Assembly (NCBI GenBank): GCA_038496445.1
Contig: JALMLS010000270.1
Coordinates: forward strand, 42,660-106,659
DNA length: 64,000 nucleotides
Direction of reading: 5' to 3'
Source: Trichosphaerium sp. ATCC 40318
Lineage: Eukaryota; Protista; Tubulinea
Positions 39,701 to 51,500 of the stretch are shown piece after piece. The translations under genes were made by a program, and so were the position numbers. Each line of letters starts with the position of its first letter. The stretch's first letter is position 1. The notes beneath the pieces are model-generated. The model worked only from the letters and a program-made list of their open reading frames with translations. It was not told where the DNA came from and did not search any database.

Positions 39701-41779
39701 TAAATTAAAGGTGTGCTTCCATATTTATCAACAGCATCAATATTTGCATTTACTTCTATCAGCATTGATACAACTCCATTGTGTCCTTCTTGTGCTAAAT
39801 AGTAGAGTAAGGTATGTACATGTTGTATCTCATCATGGCATGTTACCTGCATACATCAAAGCTGTGTTTCCATATTTATCAACAGAATGAATATTAGCGT
39901 TGGCTTTGAGTAAGATTGATACAACTTCATTGTGTCCTTTTTGTGCTAAATAGTAGAGTGAGGTATGTACATGTTGTATCTCATCATATCATGTTACCTG
40001 CACAAATTAAAGCTGTATTTCCATCTTTATCAACAGCATCAATATTTGCATTTACTTCTATCAGCATTGATACAACTTCATTGTATCCACACCATGCTAA
40101 ATAATACAGCAGTGAGATGTGGTACATGTTGTATTTCATCTTTCATGTTACCTGCGCAAATTAAAGCTGTGCCTCCATCTTTATCAACAGCATCAATATT
40201 GGCATTGGCATTAATTAACATTGATGCAACTTCATTGTGTCCACGCCATGCTAAATAATACAGCAGTGAGATATGGTACATGTTGTATTTCATCATATCA
40301 TGTTACCTGCGCAAATTAAAGCTGTGCCTCCATCTTTATCAACAGCATCAATATTGGCTTTGGCATTAATTAACATTGATACAACTTCATTGTGTCCTTT
40401 TAGTGCTAAATAATACAACAGTGAGATGTGGTACATGTTGTATTTCATCTTTCATGTTACCTGCGCAAATTAAAGCTGTGCCTCCATCTTTATCAACAGC
40501 ATCAATATTGGCATTGGCATTAATTAACATTGATACAACTTCATTGTGTTTACACCATGCTAAATGATACAGCAGTGAGATGTGGTACATGTTGTATTTC
40601 ATCATATCATGTTACCTGCACGAATTAAAGCTGTGTTTCCATCGTCATCAACAGCATCAATATTGGCATTGGCATTAATTAACAGAGATACAACTTCATT
40701 GTGTCCTTTTAGTGCTAAATAATACAGCAGTGAGATATGGTACATGTTGTATTTCATCTTTCATGTTACCTGCGCAAATTAAAGCTGTGTTTCCATATTT
40801 ATCAACAGCATCAATATTGGCATTGGCATTAATTAACATTGATACAACTTCATTGTATCCACGACATGCTAAATAATACAGTAGTGAGATATGGTACATG
40901 TATTTCATCATATCATGTTACCTGCATAAATTAAAGGTGTGTTTCCATCTTTATCAACAGCATCAATATTGGCTTTGGCATTAATTAACATTGATACAAC
41001 TTCATTGTGCTCATCTTGTACTAAATAATACAGCAGTGAGATATGGTACATGTTGTATTTCATCATATCATGTTACCTGCACGAATTAAAGCTGTGTTTC
41101 CATCGTCATCAACAGCATCAATATTGGCATTGGCATTAATTAACAGAGATACAACTTCAGTGTACCCTTCTTGTGCTAAATAATACAGCAGTGAGATATG
41201 GTACATGTTGTATTTCATCTTTCATGTTACCTGTATAAATTAAAGGTGTGTTTCCATCTTCATCAACAGCATCAATATTGGCATTGGCATTAATTAACAT
41301 TGATACAACTTCATTGTATCCATGCCATGCTAAATAATACAGCAGTGAGATATGGTACATGTTGTATTTCATCATATCATGTTACCTGCACGAATTAAAG
41401 CTGTGTTTCCATCGTCATCAACAGCATCAATATTGGCATTGGCATTAATTAACATTGATACAACTTCATTGCGCCCTTCTTGTGCTAAATAATACAGCAG
41501 TGAGATATGGTACATGTTGTATTTCATCATATCATGTTACCTGCACAAATTAAAGGTGTGTCTCCATATTTATCAACAGCATCAATATTGGCATTGGCAT
41601 TAATTAACATTGATACAACTTGAGCATAGCCATTTGTTGCTATGCTTGGTCAACTATTTGCTTACCAAGGATTGCAAACCTGCAAAAGAAAACACAATTT
41701 CAATTATGTGGAGATGGTTGTTGTTGGTTGGTTCTTCCCGCTCTAAATGTTGGGTTTTGTCACTCTGTGATTCTGTCAT
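36792..41779 (-). CDS. Ankyrin-repeat (16x) + helical region + PARP-like ADP-ribosyltransferase + coiled-coil protein
   Basis: ATG at 41779, then 16 ankyrin exons. The catalytic exons splice in frame to LMAHGTSEKAAYSIVQAGFGTVSALDAGYYGQGIYFTRSIKYACSY...LSLVTPGNVYP...GYQSHYV...YDELVVAQ (H-Y-E triad). A K/D-rich linker and coiled coil end with TAG at 36792. Confidence 0.88.
39399..41639 (-). repeat. Tandem array of 15 exon+intron units (period 151-155 bp, last 142 bp), one 99-nt ankyrin exon per unit
   Basis: Exon low coordinates 41541, 41386, 41231, 41077, 40922, 40770, 40616, 40461, 40307, 40152, 39998, 39847, 39696, 39541, 39399. All introns are phase 1 and most are near-identical. Confidence 0.97.
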
Positions 41780-42239
41780 GACGTGTTGTCACTCTTGAGG
41801 TTTATCACAAAGCAGTGTTAAGTCAGTGTTACTTGATACAAGATTTTTTTCAGTGAAGTGTTATTGTAATTTGCATTACGGTTCTGGTTCTGTGTTTTTT
41901 ACTGATTTGTTACAAGAACGCAATTGCCTTTACAACAGTTTTTTTGACCACTTGGAGAGCTTTAATCTGTATCCTGGAACATATTTTCCAAGGCTTGGAA
42001 GAAAAAATTCGTTATTTGGTTTTGAATAACAGTAATTTACAGTAGCCTTGAGTCACATGTTGGGATTACGTGACTTTGTTGTTACATCAGAACAATATAC
42101 CCACCTTAGCCTGCTTTAATTGGTCAAAGGGGTTAAAAAGCAGAGTGGGAAATATCCTCACTTTCTGGGGAATTATCCCAACTGGTGGATATTTGCTTCT
42201 TTTTTTTTGATTGCCGCTTACAATAGCTGTGATTTACAT

Positions 42240-43620
42240 ATAGGAGACCCACATGTGTCATTATTGTGACAGTGTGACGTTTTTATGTACACTTTTGTAC
42301 TTGTTCTTACTTTTGTCCATAGCGACGTGTTTGAGTCCTTTTTCGTGGTGTTATTTTAGCATTTCCAGCAGCAATCGCTTTGTACAATTTTGAAGTAGAG
42401 CATGTCTTCGCTAAGAGTAGTCAGAGAACAGATTATGAAAACAATTGTTTTTTACCTTTTTGTACTTGTAGCACAATTGGCACTTCAGATAGTTCACGTG
42501 ACACTTTGTCTTCAACATAGAATTGAGACATGGATTCGCTTGAATAGATTGAATTGGATGACTCTGAGCACTCTTGTGAGGGTGATGGAGAGGCAGGTTC
42601 TTCCTCTTTTTTTGACTTTCTTTTTCTCTTATTTTTACGTTTTCGTTTTTGAGTGTCATTTACGAGCTGTTACCTTGTCTAACTCAGGAATGTTCTCTTC
42701 ATGCTCTACAATAATTATTAAATATACTGTTGATGTTACTTACCATGTAAAGCGTGAATGGCTTGCTCTTGTACAACTGTTTCAGCAGAATAGTCTTGCT
42801 CAAAAAGTGAAACAGCAATAGTGTGTTTACACTCTTTACCAGAAGCTTTAAAGCCTCCACAACCACACCTGCCCATTTTCAAGTCTACAGGATATCTAAC
42901 ACGTTTGTAGGTTTGCGATTTAACAGTGTACACCTTATGATCTTCATAGGAATCATCAACAAGAGCCACATGATGCTGTAAAACCTGTTAAAAAACACAA
43001 AAATCAAATACAATACTTACGTTTTCAACAAGTTCACGTGCTTTTTTCTCTTGTGCAGTTCTGTCAAGCCTGGCTTTTGATTTTCGAAGGTGTTTGCCTC
43101 CAGTTAATGCAATCTCTCGCCGAATAATGCAATGATTATCCAGAATTGCTGGCATAATTTTTGTACAGCGGGAGAGACCATAACGGTGTTGAGAATATCC
43201 TTTTCATGAATAGTTAGCTAGCTATTATTTTGTTGTTACATACCATAAACAGTCATAAATTGCTTCCACTGTGTCTCCATTTTATTGTTGGTGTTATATA
43301 AACCAACACGGCTCTTTCGACCAAAATCAGCCCATGCTGCGCACCATTCTTTATCAAGCCTGTGAGAAATTAGGTGATGTTATTTCAAAGTGCACGTACA
43401 ATTCTTTTTGAAGTACAAAAACAATTCATTGGCTGGTTCAATAGTTTTTTTAGGTGACTAGGAAAATGATTGACTTGACTACAGTTACATTGGATACATG
43501 TAAGACAATGGAATAGTATTTGAATTTTGATTTTGGCTTTGGGTAAAGGTGTGAACACGTGTAATATTTTGTTGACAATACTTTTTTTCAGCGACAATAC
43601 CATTTTCAATTGTTTCAGAT
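42240..43620 (-). pseudogene. 3' half of a MULE transposase (catalytic E region + SWIM zinc finger)
   Basis: ELFLYFKKNWLDKEWCAAWADFGR..YNTNNKMETQWKQF; VYTVKSQT..VDLKMGRCGCGGFKASGKECKHTIAV (SWIM). Frameshifts and stops present. Confidence 0.85.
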
Positions 43621-43916
43621 ACTGAACATCACCCCTCAGCGGACTTATATGCCGTTATAAATCAAAACAAAGTGTATGTACGTAATAGAACAAATTAAAA
43701 GTCCATAAAATTTATTTAAGTGGTTGGCGAGATACTTTTTGAGTACACTTTTTTTAATTGTTATGGTTTTTTTCTTTCGTAGCTGCAGTCATGTTAATTA
43801 ACCAAAAAACTTCTTACTTACCTTTAATGGAGCTTTAAGACGTTGATTATGTTGGAGGCGTTGCTTCTTCTCCATCTTTTTTTTTTTTGGCAGCTCTTTT
43901 TGCTTGTCTTTGTGCT

Positions 43917-46436
43917 TTAATTTTCAAAAGTGACGATAGTGATAATCAAAAATACACTTGCATATTTACTATTACATAGAACAAGCGAAATATTGTAATC
44001 GCCTGGATCTGGTGTGTGCCTGAGTCGGTTTGGAGACATTGCTGACCACACAATTAAAGCAATCTTAACAAGTTTAGGGATAAACAAGTAACAAAAGAAG
44101 TACATGTTAAGGATACTATTTGACCGCAAATTAATGCAGCTGTTAGTTTAATAACATCTATTAGAGGTACTGCAACTACATGAGTTGGACGTTTCTTGAG
44201 GGTGTTAAATATTCTGTGAATTCTGTATGTTTTTGCCACAAGCGGCCTTAAAGTTGTGTCAATATTGTAGCTCTATTGATATTCAACATACCCCACAGTA
44301 GTGATAAAACCCATCAACGGAATCCATACCCTAAACTCACAGATAACATCAGATATAGGAGCAACCCTTTTGTTTGTTAGAATGACAGGTATTATAGGAT
44401 TACGGCCATACCAAACAATTGTGCCACAATACAACAAGCAAATACCAAAAAGGATAATCACAAGTAATTCTCTTGTGGATGCTCTCAATATCGGAGAAGA
44501 TTTCCTAGCCAAAATTTGTTAGTGTTGCCAAGGATACGGTTTTTATGATGAGTACCAAAAGTAGAGTACAACAGTGACTACAGACAGAGTTAAAAGCAAT
44601 CCAAAGCACCCAAAGATTATTCCTATGATAGCTGCAGGATCATCCCACCTCCACTCTCTTAAGGTTCGTAGCTCTTCTACTATCTTAATAGACAGAGAAG
44701 TATTTGAAAGCACCATTGCTGTAGAAAATAGGAAGTTAGTGCTGTGCTCGACAATCATGGTTCCGTTGAATATAACATGCGACCCTTGAGAGAATTCAAT
44801 CAAAGAAACCATATCATATGGTTGAAAGTGTGTTGTACGAGGTATTGATACAAATAGTGTACCAACTGAAAAAAGAATTAGGTAGTAGTAAACAGTATTT
44901 AACATACAAACAGTAATAGTTGACTCACTAAGCGCCAAATGAGACTTCCCTGATGTCATGTTGAAATTGGCTTGCGGCCCAATAATGATGTCTGTTGATT
45001 TCAGTTTTAAACGTCCCTATATGTTTTTAAGCAAGTCAAATAATAAACAAGTGCAGGTACATCAATAACTAGCGATGAGTTTTGAAGCATTTTCATACAA
45101 CTTTCTTGACCATTAACAAATATCTCAGGAGCAATACTCAAAGTAGCATATTCGAGGTTAACAATAGTAGTATGAGGGATATAGATCGTGCTTGATATTA
45201 AACTATGTATGCTCATTGATCCTATTTATACAAGGTTAATCATGTGACCTTTCAACTAAGACATGTACCTTTGTTTTCTATTCCGATGGAGTCAAATATC
45301 ATACCAGAAATAGAGGAGGTGCAACTACGTTTGAGTATAAGCTGATTCTCAAGGTAAGACACCGTTCCCTAAAATGATAAGCCTTGAACAATGAGAGCTA
45401 TATGTATTTCAATACATATATTCGTCCAATTTGAGCATTGAACCTCGAAATCACTTCCAACACCCCGTTCCTTGAAAAATTCAGAAATCCATCTTGTATG
45501 ACCAGCAGCATCTGAATACTCTTCAACCCAACTTGAAAACAGTAAAATGTGCAACGTGCTGAATGCATTGCCTACCCATGTATTAAAAGGGGCTAACAAG
45601 AACAAAGATACCTCCAGTAATCTGTGGGTATAAGCTATCAATATCAGCTGGAATGCTATTTTCAAAACTGTTGTTTGATACTTCAGTGATATTCTCTATT
45701 TCATTAAATGAGATAGCTAAATTTATCAGCACATACAACGGTTTCTTAAGTTTACCAGGTCCTGTATTATTCTTGAATTGGTTATTATGTACTGTAATAT
45801 TATTTGTGGATGCTATTAGTCTTATTCCACTACCACTACTGGCAGTGTTTTGCTCGAAGGTATTGCCAATAAAATACATTGGTTGTTTCGATATTGCTGA
45901 TAAGCACCTCCCAAATTTGATGCCTTGTTGTTAAAAAACAAGCAATTTGACACATTTACTGCTCCATTGGCTACGCTACTAATTCCCGCTCTAAGTCCAG
46001 CTCCATTCTGTCCAATATTATTAGCAAATGTACTATTGTATAAACTAACAGCGCTATCAATGAGCGCTCCTCCTCCTCGAGAAATTCCCTAAGGGTTTAT
46101 GGCTGTATTATTGAAGAAGATTACATGGTTGCAAAGCACCTTCCCAGCGTCTGTGTATAACCCACCACCTGATGAGGCATAGTTACCATCAAAATAGCAA
46201 TTTTCCATCGCTATATTGGTATTAGTACTATATAGTCCACCTCCATAACCAGCGATATTATTACTACAAATACATAAGCGACATATACTCAATTTTTTAC
46301 CTGAAGGTGCAGTTTTGTATCTCAATCTCCGCATAAAGAAGCCTCACTGCCCCACCATAAGATGTAGCTTTGTTGTGTGCGAATTTAGAACCTGAAATGT
46401 GCACGGTTGATTCGAGCCTTTGAGATGATTCAATTG
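43917..46436 (-). pseudogene. Captured host-gene fragment: Pmp-like beta-helix repeats (FxxN/GGA) + class-C GPCR TM1-TM5
   Basis: FAHNKATSYGGAV, NNIAGYGGGL, FDGNYASSGGGL, FEQNTASSGSGI; then WRWDDPAAIIGIIFG, KSSPILRASTRELLVIILFGICL, ICEFRVW, PLVAKTYRIHRIFN. No signal peptide; truncated in TM5; introns retained. Confidence 0.82.
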
Positions 46437-46474
46437 CTAGAAACTATTAACTCTACAAAATGGTTTTAACTTAC

Positions 46475-48577
46475 CTTTCCCCGGGGTATTTAGTTTCTTC
46501 ACTTTGACAGCATTAGTTTCATGTACCATAACAGTATTGGTCACTTACACCTCTTCTCAATTTTCTCAGCTTGATCTTTTCGCCTCTTTAAAGTAACACT
46601 CTTAGGTGTGCCCACAGCTATTCCAATAACTGTGCGTTGACCATCTTTTAAGCTGCAAGTAGCAAACTTTACCAGTGAAGAAAAAACAACATCACAAGGA
46701 CGTTTCCTTGTACCCTCATATGAGAGCACCTTTTTAACAGCACTGTTGTTACCCTCGCTGATGTTATTGGTACGCGTATGCTCCCAAGGGGTATCAGTAA
46801 CTGTCCATAGCGCCCATGTAGATGGAGGACATCTAGTATAAAAAATGTAAGGTAAAGAAAAAGCAATAATTAATAAACAAGTATTGAATAACGTACTTGG
46901 TGACTTCATCAGTAACATTCATGTATGTGTTGGCTAGGTACTTAATGTATGCTCTACAGTCGTTTGTTTTTTCAAGTGCTTCCTTCTGAAAGGAATTCCA
47001 ATAACGATAAAACTTTTTCTCATTTTTTTCATATAGTAAAGTTGTTGACACCAACTTACACCATCTATTCTCCTCTTCACGCCCTTCTTTCTTCATACCA
47101 GCTCTGAACGCTTTCTTCTGTGCGCTTCAGCAATATGGTAGATACATTGGGATATTTTTAAAGGGCCCAGTACATTTACAGCTGCTGAATAAAATATGAG
47201 TCTTCTAAAAAAAAATTACAAAAAAGTTTACCTCGTTTCATATTTGTTTCTCCATCAGTCATCAAGCATCAAAAGCTGTTCCATAACCTCATCACTGTGC
47301 TAATATCAGCTTGAAAGCAAAGTAAACAGTAGGTACTATTTTTTAGAGCCATGGCTGTATTTGAACAAACTTACAATTTTTTTGCCCCACATTCTATGGT
47401 AATGGAACTGGCACAATATAAACACCAAACCCAGCATCAAAATGGCTTTTTCTCCGCCACATCTTTGTCGATCATAACTACTGGTTTCCATTCTTTTACG
47501 CCTGTACAATAAATTATTTAATTATTAGACGTGTTTTACGTACCATTTGGCAGTTGCAATATTACCTGCTTTACTGCTAGATGCAATGCATAAAGCACAC
47601 AAAATGCCTCTTCCTGTTTTAGGTTGTTCACAAACCACACCCAGATTGGAAATGAGTACACATTTGTACACACTGTTAATGCCAATCACGCCCTGGCCAT
47701 ACTTGGCTAGCAGTTTTAATGACTCTGCTGTAGCTAAAACTACTACTGCAAAGTTGCTTTTGTCTCCAGAGGGCCGAAATTCATCTAAAACTGGGTATCC
47801 AATGTATGGTTTGTTAACAGGGTCCTGTAGAAAATTGCACAGCTCTTGAATGATATTTTCAGACCTTGTGTGAGTTAATGTTTGTTTAGTTTGTTGTTTT
47901 CAGGGAACTTACAGAGGAGTCTTTTGATTACTTTGAGCCAGTCATGTACTGTGCTTTGATCAATTATCCACTTCTTATCTTCTTCATCAACAATTAATTT
48001 ATCTCGCTTTAATTGACGTCTCATTTTTCGTAAAGTGTCATCAAAGTCACTTGGCTTGACACGACCATAACGTTCTGAAGCGCCATATTCATCTTCCTCA
48101 ATCAACTTTTTACGTGCTTACTAAATTTAGCACAGAAATTAAACAAATAAAACCAAAACGCACCAATATAAAATAGTCTTCAGGAATAGATTCTCTCGCC
48201 TGCAAAGAGGCTAAATCATGTACTCCAGTTATTTTAATGGTGGCTTCTTCTTGTGAATTGCAATAAATGGTCCATGTGAGCTTACAACTGCAGTTGGTGC
48301 AGCTATTGCAAAATAAGACTTCTTTGCACATAATTCTCTTTCTATTGGCAAGTTCAGCTGGAATTTTAAAATAAGGATCTTTTCCCATGAATCTTGGGTT
48401 GCTAAAGCAAGGACCTCCTAATACACCCGTTTGCTTTTTGATTCCATTTCCACAACGAAGAGTTTGAACCTTCTCTTTTTTAGTTTCTAGCTTCCAATGT
48501 GCATTATAGTTTGTCTTAGTCGCATGTATGTGGTTCAGCAACAACGGCAATTGTGTTACCGGTACCACTTCTTCCAT
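46475..48577 (-). mobile_element. Second, nested MULE transposase gene, intron-containing, probably inactive
   Basis: N-terminal Cys/His DNA-binding region (CSCKLTW..IKITGVHD), VIGINSVYK (N at the expected first D), VMIDKDVAE..ILCQFH (second D + CxxH), RTNNISEGNN (E). Confidence 0.85.
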
Positions 48578-51500
48578 TGATGTGCCGAGAATAGCTAATA
48601 AGTCAGTTTTGATAATTAACCAGCTTAAAGTACACAAGGACCGCAGAAAAGCAGCCACAAGAAGCCATCAAACACTGCAATAAGGTTTTTTTGGTTTGAC
48701 GTGTTATACTCCCCAAATCACTTAAAAAAACTCAGTATTGTCTATTTTTTGTTCCTATAGTACATAGTCAACGTAATAACCCTCATAAGAAGCTTTATAA
48801 CAAGTTGTTGTAGTTTTAATTTGAAACATGCTTATATCCACATCAACACCAATAATTACACTCACGAAAGATAAAAGCTGAAAATAGGAGTATTGTGATT
48901 TAAACTATCACTGCAATCACATGGTTTTTTTTTTTACTATCATATCTTCAGAGATGTGAATATAGTTTTTTCCAAAAACAAAAATTCGAAAGTGTAGAAA
49001 GATGCATAGCTAGGGCAGTCCACTAAACTAGAAAGCGCCTGGTTCACTTACAGTTGGGTCCTCGCTGTGCTTGGAACTAGAACCTGACCTTCGCTCACAT
49101 ATAGTGATCCATTGGTGGGTATAGGCATTCGGTTTTTGTATTGAATTCTATTTTTTCGAAAAGTTTCTTTTGAAAAATTCAGAAAAAACGTGGGTCTGTA
49201 AGAGGGGAGATTTGGTAAGATTCTTGTTTAATTACACAACTACTAATCTGTTATTGTCAACTTCAATAACAGCTCAATAACCTATCACAGCCAAGCAAAT
49301 AACACGGATTAACAGTACATTGAAGGATTGAGGGAGCTTGTTTTATTGTACCAAAAAATAATAAAGTAAATTATGATAAATTGTGTCCTTACAGAATTAT
49401 GCCATAGTCCATTGCCAGTTTTGTCATAGGCGAAAAAACCAACAACTAATGTAGTGAGGATGTCAAGGTACAAATGAAATGATGTAGTACCAAAAAAAAA
49501 ATCAATGTAAAAAAGAGTTGGCACTATAATGTGGTTACTCACTGTTACCTATCGCTCAAAGTTTCCAACCGCTTAATTAGTATGTAGTAGTGCAGAATCT
49601 GAAAAAAAAGAAGAAAAAAAAAGTACCAGCACTCGGAAAAATCCACACTACGGGATATTTCCCTCTCTGCGGTTAAAAACTTCTGCTACTTTTATAAATT
49701 GTCGTTGACCTACTGACGTCAGTTTAGAAAACGTTTAATAGGATGGACTTGTATGATAATATCATTAATACCAGAGCTGCAGCTTACTTATTTGTAATCA
49801 ACTGTTACGTAGGGATATCTACAATGTAATTAATGAATATGTCAATCATTTCAGGCGTTTGAATTTGTGAGACCGAAGCTCAACATTGAACTCAACAGAA
49901 GACGCTAGTGATGTTCCAAACGAATAGAATACCGAATCTATCGCCAGAACGTAAAAAGTTGGAAATAGTTGACTAGGGACGATTTTTGTAAGCGGTTCAC
50001 ACCTCTCATATCAATGCTTTATCCTGTGTGAATGTACCTTTGGAATGAATGGCTCTATTTTGTTACGTTCTAAATGTGGAATAAATTATTTACTTTTTTA
50101 CTTGTTTTTTGGCGTTTTTTTTTAAGACTTAACTAAAAAAGCGTCAACTGAGTAGGGTTGCTCACAAACATATGGTTGTATTATAAGGCAAATACTGAGG
50201 GTTAGGCAAAACCCCCAAATTCTTGTTCGGTCAAACCCCTACGTTTATCTGAATCTTACTAGGGTTAGGCGTTCGCAATCCCACAAATCCACTTGAAAGT
50301 GCTCGTCAACGGTAGGTACAATGTTTTTATTGTGTTTGAGAACATGTTTTCTTTTTTTACAGATACAAAATTTCGTTGACACTTGACGCCTAATCTACTA
50401 GCCTTATTTTGTTCTGCGATTGCGTAAAACTGAGTTTAAAATTGGGTTGGACGTACACACGTGGAAATAAAATCTCGTTCTCGCCTCTGAAACTATCCTA
50501 TACACATGAAAATGACGGAGCGGCGTTTATATGGCATGTGGTGTCCGCTGTGGCAGTGTCGACGCCATAACCTAGGGCGCAAGAATGATCTTCAAAATTT
50601 ACTAGTCTCCGTACCAAATTGAGGTTTAACGCCACCAAAAAAATCTTATGTGGATTGCGCCCTATTTACCGAGTTATTGGCCGCATCTGTTGAGGTTGAA
50701 ATTAGTAAAACGAGGAATACTTGAAGGACTTTGACCTTATTCCACAGCCTATCAACTGAGCTTCATTGCTCACAAACACATTAATCAAGCCAGTATCTGT
50801 TATAAAAGGAGCTTGAAAAGCAATAGAAGCGTTATAGTCTAAAACAAGGATTATGGTACCAAAAAAACGACATTTATTGCGTGAAACACTGAAAACGTTA
50901 GTTTGTGGTGTAAAGAATGAAGAAAAAGTGAGTTCCCAAAATTAGCAATTACACAAGCTTTGACAAGCGTTTAAATTACTGAAGTGTTGTCTAACACTAT
51001 TTTTAATGTATTTACATTAGTTTTAAGCTTGTCGAGCCTTGTGTAATTGATAAATTCCAATATTCTGTACTAATGCGCACCATTAAGCGATTTTTTGATT
51101 TAAATACCTCAAGAGCTAATTGACCATCCCACACTTTTCATAGTGATAGTCAATAATTGTGGTATTGCACAGTATAATTTATAGCAATAGTTGATGGAGT
51201 GTAGTGACACAGTTTCTTTGAACCTGGTTTTGGAAAATCTTGCAGTATCTCCATGTAAAAACTAAGTTCTGTCTCTAAAACTCTTATAGTGGTAAAACAT
51301 ATATACAGCAAGCTTTGTGGCTATCTGATGTAATAAAGTACCCGAGCAAGAGTGAGTTAATTGACATTTTCATTTAAATATTATGTGCATCCACTTCTTT
51401 GAAAAAGAAACCTCTGTGTTTTGATACCTAAATTATCAAATACGCTATAACTGCATATAGGTACACAATGAATTATTGAGCAACTGCCGTCAAAAGGAAA

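Larger units (their letters stand above)
42140..49670 (-). mobile_element. Mutator-like (MULE) composite element with TIRs and 9-bp TSD
   Basis: GGTTAAAAA at 42131-42139 and 49671-49679 flanks inverted termini gcagagtgggaaatatcc (42140-42157) and ggatatttccctctctgc (49653-49670), 17/18 match, with weaker similarity ~70 bp inward. MULE transposase sequence lies inside. Confidence 0.88.

Noticed and set aside
39440-41375. Repeated ORFs starting MMKYNMYHISLLYY, and the + strand MIQLH... ORFs
   Set aside because: Intron read-through and antisense shadows of the ankyrin exons.
39399-41639. Regular ~155-bp repeat array as a possible CRISPR array
   Set aside because: The units are exon+intron pairs with GT-AG boundaries encoding ankyrin repeats; there are no unique spacers and no cas genes.
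43630-49210. Possible TIRs for the inner MULE (cccctcagcggac at ~43632 vs ~49195-49207)
   Set aside because: The match is too short and degenerate and has no TSD; the inner element boundaries remain undefined.
50150-50270. gggttagg motifs as interstitial telomere repeats
   Set aside because: Only two or three isolated copies, not tandem.
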